Shown piece by piece: positions 19,227 to 27,835 of a stretch of DNA of 32,000 nt; position 1 is the stretch's first letter; each line of letters opens with the position of its first letter. The stretch lies in the NCBI GenBank assembly GCA_018985225.1, contig JADGIF010000001.1, positions 60,001-92,000 of the forward strand, given 5' to 3'. This stretch comes from Amoeboradix gromovi X-113 (lineage: Eukaryota; Fungi; Sanchytriomycota). Position numbers and translations under genes: made by a program. The notes below the pieces were generated by a model. That model ran no database searches. It was not told the DNA's origin and was given only the letters and a program-made list of their open reading frames with translations.

Positions 19227-20876
19227 TTATCCCAACTTCATCAGTATTTCCTTCTTTCTTCCACCTTTTTTCTTTTTGCTGCTGTTATTTGTATTATCCT
19301 CACTTGCCGTGGAGTCACTTAATGCACTCAATTGAATTGTCCTCCTTGGCGGAACTGTTTCTGCCACCGCTTCTTCTTTCTTTACTGGTAATGGAACATC
19401 TGTCCATAGCCATGGTAAATATATCGGATTACCAACTTCTACAATTTTATCACCTCGATTTACCATTGTTAACATCGATCTTGGTTTCTTGTCTTTCATT
19501 TTGGGTATGTTATTATTAACCGTATATCTACTTACACAATCTGCAACATTAAGGTCAGGAAATTTACAGTTGCTCTCGTAGAAAGGCTTCCACTCATTTT
19601 TCAGCTGATTTCTAAATTGAACAGGACTAGTACAAATAAGCCATTTGATTAATGCAGACACGTCTGGGTATGTAAACAGTCTAGGCTGAAGCCTAAGTAG
19701 TTCTTCATAGACAGACTGCGCATTCAAATGACTCTGCTTGACTAAAAACGACTGGAACATTGCACACCTCTCATCGTGGTGAAACACAGCGCATAGAACC
19801 TTGAGGTCTATGTTCTGGCTGCATAAACATTCACTGTTGGACCTGTTTAACCTAGGGGCCCTCTGATATGTGGTAGAATCGCTGGTGCTGTGATCTTGAA
19901 AGTGTGACGTCGGTTTAGTTAACTGGCCAATCCTCAGTTTGCTATTGATAGCGTGAGAAGCGGATAAATGTGACAAGTAGTCTAATTCTGTGGCAAACCC
20001 TAGTAACCCATCTGTGTTGATGCAATATTCGCACGCAATATGATCTTCTTTATAGTGTTTTTTGAGTTCGTTTAAGTTTTTAAACCATAAGCTTTTTCCT
20101 GATTGCTTACAAAGTGAGCATTCCTCGTGTCTCTGCTTCATATGATGCTTTAAATATTCATCGTTCACAAATCTTTGACTGCAGAACTTGCAGAGGGGAT
20201 GACCCGTAAAATTGATTAGAGGGTTGACAACATTATTAGAATGCGTAATATCAACAGTGATTTCGTCACTGTTATTGACAGTAGATTGCAAAAACAATTT
20301 GTCACCTGTTTTAATATGGCTAGCAAGAAGATCAGACGGATATATGTTCAGTTCGCTGATGAATTTCTTAGATTCCCTAATGCATATTTCACAATATTTG
20401 TAGCCGTTTTTGATGTTATCATGTTGAGTTAAATGATTTTTCAATTCTTCAAACGCAGCGTAGGTTTGCTTTGTATACTTAACGTGCTCAATTATACCAC
20501 CAGTAATAGGTTTATTACGAACAGCGGGAGTGAAGTACAAGTAGGTGTTCCATTTCTTTGTGCAACCTGGAACCGGACAAGAAAATCCCAAAAGATTCAT
20601 AACATGAAAATAAGCGTCATTAGACTTGTAATAAATCTGCCATTTTTGATGAGCATAAGGATACACATTCAGATCAGACGTACTGCCTTTGCTTCCAATG
20701 ATAATGTAGCTTATAGGCTTTTTGCAATAAACGCAATCGGTACTTTTAAATAGTAAAAACATGCGCAAAGCACATACAGAACACATTTCGTGATCGCATG
20801 ACATCCTGGCATTGTACAAAAAAGGATGCGAACAAATGGGACAAACTGTTGAATTTGAACTGGACATTTGGGACAT
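19227..20876 (-). CDS. HEL2: Ribosome-collision RING E3 ligase, Hel2/ZNF598-like
   Basis: N-terminal RING CPIC...CDHEMCSVCALRM...CVYCK, then FTGHPLCKFCSQRF...HMKQRHEECSLC and C2H2 repeats. Confidence 0.85.
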   Translation of the reverse strand: MSQMSSSNSTVCPICSHPFLYNARMSCDHEMCSVCALRMFLLFKSTDCVYCKKPISYIIIGSKGSTSDLNVYPYAHQKWQIYYKSNDAYFHVMNLLGFSCPVPGCTKKWNTYLYFTPAVRNKPITGGIIEHVKYTKQTYAAFEELKNHLTQHDNIKNGYKYCEICIRESKKFISELNIYPSDLLASHIKTGDKLFLQSTVNNSDEITVDITHSNNVVNPLINFTGHPLCKFCSQRFVNDEYLKHHMKQRHEECSLCKQSGKSLWFKNLNELKKHYKEDHIACEYCINTDGLLGFATELDYLSHLSASHAINSKLRIGQLTKPTSHFQDHSTSDSTTYQRAPRLNRSNSECLCSQNIDLKVLCAVFHHDERCAMFQSFLVKQSHLNAQSVYEELLRLQPRLFTYPDVSALIKWLICTSPVQFRNQLKNEWKPFYESNCKFPDLNVADCVSRYTVNNNIPKMKDKKPRSMLTMVNRGDKIVEVGNPIYLPWLWTDVPLPVKKEEAVAETVPPRRTIQLSALSDSTASEDNTNNSSKKKKGGRKKEILMKLG

Positions 20877-21427
20877 GCTCTAAGAACAGTAGACTTGGGG
20901 TAATAGAGGGTGACACGCGATTATATTTTACTCATGGCGATAAACTCGTCATAAGTCTATGATTCCCAGAATATCAAGAATTTCCATCCAGAAACTGAGA
21001 ACTCAAGTAAATCTGATAAGCATTTGCGTTTAAAAATGCATATAGACTGTACTGAGAAATTACTGTGGATCTAGCAATACAAACTTTCTGCTATAGATGG
21101 AAGAATTTCGCTGACTGTAAATAGAGTAAAGGTGAAGATCCAGCAACATTTGAGTACTCCTAAAGCATAAACGTTAAGAAGTAAATGGAATGTCAAAGCA
21201 AAAAATTTCTATCTTTTAATCCACAAAAAATGCGTAGTGAACCTACAACCATTGCGATGAAGTCTCTTGTGGCATTGTGAATACTAATTATAGAAGCTTT
21301 GAGCTCTTTAAACTTAGTAAGCAATGGTGAAAGGTCTGGAAAAGAGAGGAACTGGTAACAGCAAATTTTCTGCTAAAGCACACGTTACAAAATAGCAGAT
21401 ATTCTACTCGAGAGTTTTAACTTTTTG

Positions 21428-21893
21428 AGGCATTTTTTGACAAGATGTCTGGTTTTTATGGCGCTAATGAGTTAAATCTGATTAAATAATATTGTAGAAG
21501 CTAACCGTTTAACTGAATAAACCATTTATTGTAATAATATGAGCTAAATCACTCCAACATCTGTCTTTCTATGTTTTACTAGTTGCATAAAAACACCATA
21601 CTCTTGTTATCGCCAATTAAAAATGGCCCTAAATGGTCTCCTGAATATTTCGATTTTGAGAGATCGCTGGCAGATGCAGAATGCAGTCTTTTGCATCCAA
21701 ATATTTAGGAACAAAATTATTATCCAAAGAAAGGTGAAAGGTAGTGGTGGAATATAACGAAGCATTTATTGGCCAAATATACACAAGCTGTGGTTCTCCG
21801 TAGAAAACCAGTTTGGAGGCATTAGCATGCACAAAATTTCATTTTAGACGCAGATAGAGATCATATGGCACAGCAAGAAGCATATATTTGAGA
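21428..21893 (+). pseudogene. Decayed Fanzor2/IS607-TnpB-like nuclease gene
   Basis: From 21681: MQSFASKYLGTKLLSKER*KVVVEYNEAFIGQIYTSCGSP*KTSLEALACTKFH, then LDADRDH in the +1 frame (21844-64), then GTARSIYLR back in frame (21867-93). The order and spacing follow RuvC-II (ExxTSxxC), CxxC...CxxC and RuvC-III DRDxNGARNI. A weak RHFLT at 21428 may be a RuvC-I remnant. Confidence 0.75.
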
Positions 21894-22373
21894 TGTATGC
21901 ATCCTATCTATCCCACTCAGTGTAATACAAACAGCCGTCATGGAGCTTTTTTCAGATTCACTTGGGAAGTCATTGATTTTGTAGTAAATCAGGACTTTTA
22001 TGAGTTTATTGCTCTATGAACAGATATGAGATCCAATTTCAGAAAATATCCCCAAATTCTAGTCGGAGGACCTCTTAGAAAGATGTGTCAGTCCAATAAT
22101 ATGCCATCAAGCTTTCTCTCAATATGAAAAATGCACTGGCAAAATATCTTGGCTGATTAGCACTTGAGCATATGTTGCAATATCTCAACTGATAACCATT
22201 TTTGATATTCTGTCTTGGTGATTGTAATGACGTCTTGTTCACAAACAAGGCAGCATCTGGATGCCTTTCTTTCGTATCTGGTGACATTATAATGGGAGTG
22301 TGTCTTCTAAGTGTTCCTCCTACCTGGAAATGAGGACAATTCGTCAGAATGGGTCCAAGATATTTCGAAACCG

Positions 22374-22796
22374 ATGTTTCTTCAGAACGGATTTCATGTG
22401 CACTGGAAAAATGACAAGCAAGAAATTAATGAGCCATGTTTATATTTTAGAGTTACAGAAGATGTGATATTTGATCCTTTTGAATTCCCGGACTGCAAGA
22501 CTAGAGGCAATTTTGATTTGGAGATGTCAAAAGAAGAATGGAATCAAAAGTTGGATGTCTGGTGTCCGAGTCAGTTGGAAAGTGTTCATTTTTCTTGCAG
22601 ATACCAAAACGCAAAAGGCCTTTGCAAGCTGTACCAGCCTCTTCCCTCTGACTGTCTTGTAATCCCTAATGAACAATTGCAAGACATTACTTACACAATT
22701 CCGGTAAAAAATGACGCGCATGCTAGTTTTGTAATCTACAGTACATTTTCTTATTTTATATTTGTGAGCTGGCTGTTAATAAGTAAAATGAAATAA
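22374..22796 (+). CDS. PIG-X/Pbn1-like GPI mannosyltransferase I subunit
   Basis: GFH, IFDPFEF (cf. xDPYEL), HFSCRYQ (cf. LHxRY) and IPV...H..FV..ST followed by a C-terminal TM helix. The start is uncertain. Confidence 0.55.
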   Translation: MFLQNGFHVHWKNDKQEINEPCLYFRVTEDVIFDPFEFPDCKTRGNFDLEMSKEEWNQKLDVWCPSQLESVHFSCRYQNAKGLCKLYQPLPSDCLVIPNEQLQDITYTIPVKNDAHASFVIYSTFSYFIFVSWLLISKMK

Positions 22797-23290
22797 ATAT
22801 GAGATCTCCATGAGTCGCAGTCAAATATTATAATAAACACGTTAATTTGAAGAAAAACTCATTTGGATTTTCAAAAGAACAAGGCCCAGTGAAGCGTCGA
22901 TGAATTCTAAAGAATTTCCACAGACAATCTAGATTTTCTATCTCACATGGTAATATTTTGCACTGCGTACTGAAAATACTTGCAATCCATTAAACATGAC
23001 TTCGGCTACATAGCAGAACCAATTGTAGTGCAGTAGATCAATTGAACTGTTGATTAAATAGTGGTCATATTGTCAAAAATCTCGTCTACAGTTTGTGCAT
23101 TCGTTAAAAGCGAAAATTGTCTCGTGATCCACGAGTAATAAAATACGGTTAAAGTTTACAGTTGCTCACAAATTGTAGATTAAAAATGGCATAGCAGTTA
23201 AATGAATTTAGATATTATTCCCGAGCCATTCTCAAAGATTAATTTACAGCACATTATTTAAGGGGTTTCGCAGCTGTATCTCAAACGTAA

Positions 23291-23947
23291 ATGAAGAGGT
23301 TCATTTCTCCATCAATTTTGTCGAGCGATTTCAGCAGACTTTACGAAGAATGTTCGCTCTGTCTAGACAAGTCAAAATACATCCATCTTGATGTTATGGA
23401 CAACCATTTTGTTCCTAACCTGACATTTGGTCCGCCAATTATAAAATGCCTAAAGAAAAGGTTAGAGCAGCAAACAAAGCCCTATTTTCTAGACTGCCAT
23501 TTGATGGTAACCAATCCAGAATCAATTATACCTTTGTTGGAGGGACATGCGGACAGCATAACTTTTCATTGTGAGGTCTCAACTGATACTCTGAGTTTGA
23601 TTGAACTGTGTCGCAAGCACGGATTAAAAGCCAGTATGGCTATTAAACCCGAAACTCAGTTATCCACCGACTTAATCAGTCTTTGCAAGTACTTAGATTC
23701 AGTTTTAATTATGACTGTTAACCCTGGCTTTGGTGGGCAGTCTATGATTATGGAATGCTTAGATAAGGTCAAAAAATTGCGAGCAGAATATCCTGAATTA
23801 GATATTCAAGTTGATGGCGGTATAAACGTTAAAACAATTTCAATGGCATCAAAAAGCGGTGCAAACAATTTCGTCGCAGGAAGTGCGATTTTTAAACACG
23901 AAAAAGGCATTCACTATGCAATTGATGAATTAAATAAATTAATTTAA
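23291..23947 (+). CDS. RPE1: Ribulose-phosphate 3-epimerase
   Basis: ISPSILSSDF, IHLDVMDNHFVPNLTFG, DCHLMV, MTVNPGFGGQ, IQVDGGI and VAGSAIF. Confidence 0.97.
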   Translation: MKRFISPSILSSDFSRLYEECSLCLDKSKYIHLDVMDNHFVPNLTFGPPIIKCLKKRLEQQTKPYFLDCHLMVTNPESIIPLLEGHADSITFHCEVSTDTLSLIELCRKHGLKASMAIKPETQLSTDLISLCKYLDSVLIMTVNPGFGGQSMIMECLDKVKKLRAEYPELDIQVDGGINVKTISMASKSGANNFVAGSAIFKHEKGIHYAIDELNKLI

Positions 23948-23960
23948 GTTTATTTAGGCA

Positions 23961-24668
23961 TTACGCATCTTCTATTAATGGTTCTATAAAGTATTCTACA
24001 TAAACATTTTGTTCTTTTATGGGCAAAAGCATCTGCCATTGCAAAACACCATCTTCGTTTAGTCTAAGAGTAATCTTACTTGCTTTTTTTAGGGTATATT
24101 TGAGATTTGCAAACTTTTTGTACATGTACCGTAGAGAAAGCGATTCTTTCGGATATTGGAATCGAAACTTCTCCAAATTAGATAACGAAGAACTAATTCT
24201 GGCGCCCATGCTTGATATTACCTGAAAAGATAAAGACTTCTCGATTTTCAGTTCAACCACTCCATTCAGGATCGGAACTAAGAATATCGATTTTAATAAA
24301 GAAGAGGGTTGTATAATGGTATCAAGTATTACTTGAGATGGATCCCAATAGGATAGGAAGTTCTGACCCTCCCACACAAGAGTCGGAATTTTAATCATGG
24401 CTTTCTCGTCGCTTAGAGTTAGTTCAGATTCCGTAAATCTAATTTCAATGTAGTCTTCGAACAGTTTGATGCCCTCTAAAAATGGTTTAGAGCTTATTAT
24501 GATTGCAGTTGTACTAGGATTAAATTGAGTGAACAACTTTGAGGAAATGTACAAAAATGTGTCAAACGTACCTATTTTATATCCAGAATCAGACGCTGCA
24601 AGCGTTATGGAAGGATTCTCTTTAAACATGTTTACATTGTCAAATGCGAATGCTGGTAAAATACTCAT
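23961..24668 (-). CDS. RAD1: 9-1-1 checkpoint clamp subunit, Rad1/Rec1-like
   Basis: C-terminal LKKASKITLRLNEDGVLQWQML...YVEYFIEP matches the Rad1 pattern (SxKVSIRxDxxGxLSLQxM...FVEY). Confidence 0.65.
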   Translation of the reverse strand: MSILPAFAFDNVNMFKENPSITLAASDSGYKIGTFDTFLYISSKLFTQFNPSTTAIIISSKPFLEGIKLFEDYIEIRFTESELTLSDEKAMIKIPTLVWEGQNFLSYWDPSQVILDTIIQPSSLLKSIFLVPILNGVVELKIEKSLSFQVISSMGARISSSLSNLEKFRFQYPKESLSLRYMYKKFANLKYTLKKASKITLRLNEDGVLQWQMLLPIKEQNVYVEYFIEPLIEDA

Positions 24669-24713
24669 TACAAACAACGGAGAACGTTATTTCATTTAAA
24701 AAAAGTTGCTTCA

Positions 24714-24817
24714 TCAGAATGAATATTCTCGCCTACGTTAAATGTGAAGCTCTCAAATTACTTCGAGATCCCACACTCCTTCAGTGTAGACAACTTGGGT
24801 AAGTGCCATTTAAGCAT
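24714..24817 (-). ncRNA. Putative omegaRNA, copy 2 (same scaffold, different guide)
   Basis: Scaffold identical to 10218-10305. The following flank is AGAATATTCATTCTGA, unrelated to the copy-1 flank. Confidence 0.55.
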
Positions 24818-25038
24818 ATTTTTCCCTACATTAATAAAATAATACCTGGATTAATATCTCTACGATCTTCGTGACCACACGCATTACATTTGCTTTTCAT
24901 TCTTCATCAACAGTTGCGTTCCAATGAGAGGTCGCTAAAATCCTTTAAATGGTGTTATTCGTATTACTAAATATTTTATAAAATACGCCAATAAAATTGA
25001 AGAGAACTATGATTTATTTAAGAAATTCACATTTGGGT
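24732..25038 (-). mobile_element. Non-autonomous TnpB/Fanzor-derived element, copy 2 (307 bp)
   Basis: Inverted partner of 10021-10303. Direct repeat CGAGA (plus strand TCTCG at 24727-24731 and 25039-25043). The unique 74-nt core (24818-24891) encodes KCNACGHEDRRDINPG. Confidence 0.9.
24758..24891 (-). pseudogene. C-terminal TnpB/Fanzor fragment (zinc finger plus RuvC-III) with a putative 20-nt intron
   Basis: KCNACGHEDRRDINP-G[gtattattttattaatgtag, 24826-24845]-KNMLKWHLPKLSTLKECGISK*, compared with the consensus CxxCGxxxxRDxNAAxNIL. Confidence 0.7.
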
Positions 25039-25126
25039 TCTCGGTTAACATAACGAAATTCTTTTTTGGCAGAATGTTATCGGACTTCGTATGAGTTTAT
25101 GAAGTAACAAATTTTAGGCTCTAGAA

Positions 25127-25199
25127 GGGCTTGTGGATTAATGGTTATATCGTCTGACTTCGAATCAGAATGCTCGGGGTTCGAATCCCTGCTGGCCCT
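25127..25199 (+). tRNA. tRNA-Arg (anticodon UCG)
   Basis: Acceptor stem gggcttg/ctggccc (one T-T mismatch), D arm gattaatggttatatc, anticodon arm tctga-cttcgaa-tcaga (TCG at 25160-62), T arm cgggg-ttcgaat-ccctg, followed by a TTTT run. Confidence 0.9.
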
Positions 25200-25229
25200 T
25201 TTGAGGATCCATTTTATAATTATTGATAT

Positions 25230-25685
25230 TTATTTTGCTTGGCTTTCTTTTTTCTTTTCCTTCTTTTTGATTTCAATCAATAGATCAGGTCCAAGGGCTT
25301 CTTTCAAAATGTCTTCAATTTCATATGTGAGATCACCTTGTACTACGATTTCATTTGAATTCGCGCTGGTAGAACATGCGAATTGCTTTGCTAACGTTTT
25401 TGCGAATGCCTTCATATCTATTTCGTGTGCTTCCAGTCCAGCAATAGAAGTTATATGCTTTTTTTTGCTTCTTGACGTTATTGTAACTACAATTTGTCCA
25501 CCACCCTTTATCTTTTCAGTTTTAACCTTCTTTGGTTTCTTATATTCCTGAGAAAGAGATTCCTCAATATCAGGATGTTCAACTTTCCAGAATTCTATAC
25601 ATTTATCAGTTTTGTAGCAATACTCTAATGGAAGGGTGCAATGAATGCAATAAATTGGAACTATCTCTCGAACTTCAAATTCCAT
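25230..25685 (-). CDS. TMA22: Density-regulated protein / Tma22 (SUI1 domain)
   Basis: YCIHCTLPLEYC, RSKKKHITSIAGLE, KQFACSTS and EIVVQGD. The likely start is ATG 25685. Confidence 0.9.
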   Translation of the reverse strand: MEFEVREIVPIYCIHCTLPLEYCYKTDKCIEFWKVEHPDIEESLSQEYKKPKKVKTEKIKGGGQIVVTITSRSKKKHITSIAGLEAHEIDMKAFAKTLAKQFACSTSANSNEIVVQGDLTYEIEDILKEALGPDLLIEIKKKEKKKESQAK

Positions 25686-25717
25686 TTTGTCTTGCTTCAA
25701 AAAGCGACCCTTGAAAA

Positions 25718-26959
25718 ATGGAGAAATGTGTTGGTTGTGGAGCAATTTTACAGACCAATTTGCCAGGTATTGCGGGATACCTTCCCCCGATTAAAGAAGA
25801 GAAAAGCTGTATTGTTTGCGAGAGGTGCCACAAACTGAAAAATCAAAATGTCATGATCTCCGAGATACCGAATTTCTCTGAAAGCGAAATTGGAATTCCC
25901 AAGGATTCATTGCATATTGTTCTGTTTGATCTTATCAGCTATCCCAAATCAATTTGCAATTATAAATTTTTAAACTCAAAGAACATTTGGCTGGTAGGTA
26001 CAAAATTAGATCTTCTGCCAAAATCTGTAAACTGTAACATTATCAGTGAAAACGTAAATAAAGACTTTCCAGATGTATTAGGACATAGCCTAGTGAGCTC
26101 AAAAACTAGCCAAGGAATGAATCAACTTATTAACAGCTTAAAAAGAGAAAGAAGAAGATTGAATCTGACACATTTCTCTTTGTTAGGATTTACTAACTCA
26201 GGAAAGACCAGTTTAATGAACAGGTTACTAAAAATGTCTCAGCTCTCGAGTACTAAGAATAGAACGGGAACCGATCTCACATATTCAAGTTATCCAGGTA
26301 CAACGGTTGGAAACATTGAATTTCCTTTAAAGAAAATGGCAATTTTTAACAATCCTACAACTGGAAAACTCGTAGATACACCAGGAATGTTTGACCGAGA
26401 TTCCAACTATAACTTGTTGAATCACAAGGAAATATTTTCTTTGTCGCAACAAAAAGACTCTTTTAATTCCAAATCTTTTTTTGTACCAAAATACTACCAG
26501 AAGTCGCTTTTCATTGGTGGACTAGCTAGAATAGATATTTTGGACATCAAAGAAGATCCTTTAAATCTCGTTTGGTTCGGTACTAATCGCCTAAATCCAC
26601 ACTTTGTAAATTTCGATAAAGCAGATTATTTTTGGAATCGATATATTAACAAAATTATAAAAAATCATGGGCCACCATACGATCCCAGTAGCTTATCTCC
26701 TCTTAGAATAGTAGACGAATTCACCATTGAAGGAGATAAAAAGACGACCTTAAAAGAAATCGTGTTGAAAAATTTTGGATGGTTTAACATAATAAAACAG
26801 TGCGGATCTGCCACCATTCGTCTCCATTCTACTCTTCCGAAATCTTTATATACAAGACACCCGTTTGTTAAATCATACGATTACCGAGGAGTGTATGCAA
26901 AAACTCATAGATTCTTTGGTAATCATGTATTGAAGAGTAAAAGATTCGTTAAATTGTAA
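25718..26959 (+). CDS. Circularly permuted GTPase, YqeH/NOA1/Gep3 family
   Basis: CVGCG..LQT...GY...CERC zinc ribbon, TKLDLLP (G4) placed before GFTNSGKTS (G1), SYPGTT, DTPG and SLFIGGLARID. Confidence 0.9.
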   Translation: MEKCVGCGAILQTNLPGIAGYLPPIKEEKSCIVCERCHKLKNQNVMISEIPNFSESEIGIPKDSLHIVLFDLISYPKSICNYKFLNSKNIWLVGTKLDLLPKSVNCNIISENVNKDFPDVLGHSLVSSKTSQGMNQLINSLKRERRRLNLTHFSLLGFTNSGKTSLMNRLLKMSQLSSTKNRTGTDLTYSSYPGTTVGNIEFPLKKMAIFNNPTTGKLVDTPGMFDRDSNYNLLNHKEIFSLSQQKDSFNSKSFFVPKYYQKSLFIGGLARIDILDIKEDPLNLVWFGTNRLNPHFVNFDKADYFWNRYINKIIKNHGPPYDPSSLSPLRIVDEFTIEGDKKTTLKEIVLKNFGWFNIIKQCGSATIRLHSTLPKSLYTRHPFVKSYDYRGVYAKTHRFFGNHVLKSKRFVKL

Positions 26960-26962
26960 TAT

Positions 26963-27685
26963 TTATTCTGCAAGTCTTTTTTCCAAATCTTCTTCCTTCA
27001 ATAAACGATACCCATCTTTATCAACAATCCCAACTTGAATGTTAACTTTGCTAATTTTCTCTTCCATAACTTGCTTTAAAATCTTCAAAGCTAGTTTTAA
27101 TGCATCTTCAGTAGATAAATTCTCTTTATATTGTTCTACTAACTCTACTTGCGCAGCTTCCCCCGCACTTCCAATAGCCTTAGCTTGATATTGCATATAA
27201 GTACCAGAAGGGTCAGTGACGTATAATTTAGGACCGGTTTCATCAAATCCAGCAAACAGTAATGCAACGCCATAAGGTCGTGCTGTACTTGTACCTTCAC
27301 CAATGTCGCCGAATCGTAAAGCGACATCAGAGACACTTTGAGCCAGAGATTCAGTTTTAATCGGTTCATCGTATACAAATGTATGGTTTACAGCCGCTGC
27401 ACGAGCATGTTGAACCAAAGTTTGTGCATCTCCAGTTAATCCTGAAGCAGCAACAGCAATATGTTTATCTACTTCAAACATCTTTTGAATAGAATCAGGT
27501 ATCAATAATTTAGATGCTACTCTTCTTTCGACTGCTAAAATTACTCCATCTTTGGCTTGAATTCCAAGTGCAGTTGAACCGAGTTTGATAGCCTCAATAG
27601 CATACTCTACTTGAAAAAGTCTACCCTCAGGGCTGAATGTATTTACACCTCTGTCGTATTCGCTTGATGGGTTTGCCAAAAACAT
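26963..27685 (-). CDS. PUP2: 20S proteasome subunit alpha-5
   Basis: SEYDRGVNTFSPEGRLFQVEYAIEAIKLGST, RPYGVALLFAG and ILKQVMEEK. Confidence 0.97.
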   Translation of the reverse strand: MFLANPSSEYDRGVNTFSPEGRLFQVEYAIEAIKLGSTALGIQAKDGVILAVERRVASKLLIPDSIQKMFEVDKHIAVAASGLTGDAQTLVQHARAAAVNHTFVYDEPIKTESLAQSVSDVALRFGDIGEGTSTARPYGVALLFAGFDETGPKLYVTDPSGTYMQYQAKAIGSAGEAAQVELVEQYKENLSTEDALKLALKILKQVMEEKISKVNIQVGIVDKDGYRLLKEEDLEKRLAE

Positions 27686-27835
27686 TTGTTACACATTCCC
27701 CAAATAAAATTATTCTTCCCAAATAATATGTCTTATTATTACGAAAAGTCATACATATAAGAGAGGCAGCTTTTATTGATTTAAATCTAGGATTGTTTAA
27801 TTTGATTCTAGAACAATTTCCCTGAAACCGTCAAA

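Noticed and set aside
21629-21832. Minus-strand 67-aa ORF, and the 63-aa ORF at 29825-30016, as real genes
   Set aside because: Both lie antisense to the decayed Fanzor-like frames and have no motifs.
24705-25130. U5 snRNA candidate (long stem followed by an aattttag Sm-like site)
   Set aside because: The invariant loop I GCCUUUUAC is absent.
25141-25551. 136-aa plus-strand ORF
   Set aside because: It overlaps the tRNA and is antisense to TMA22, so it is a shadow ORF.
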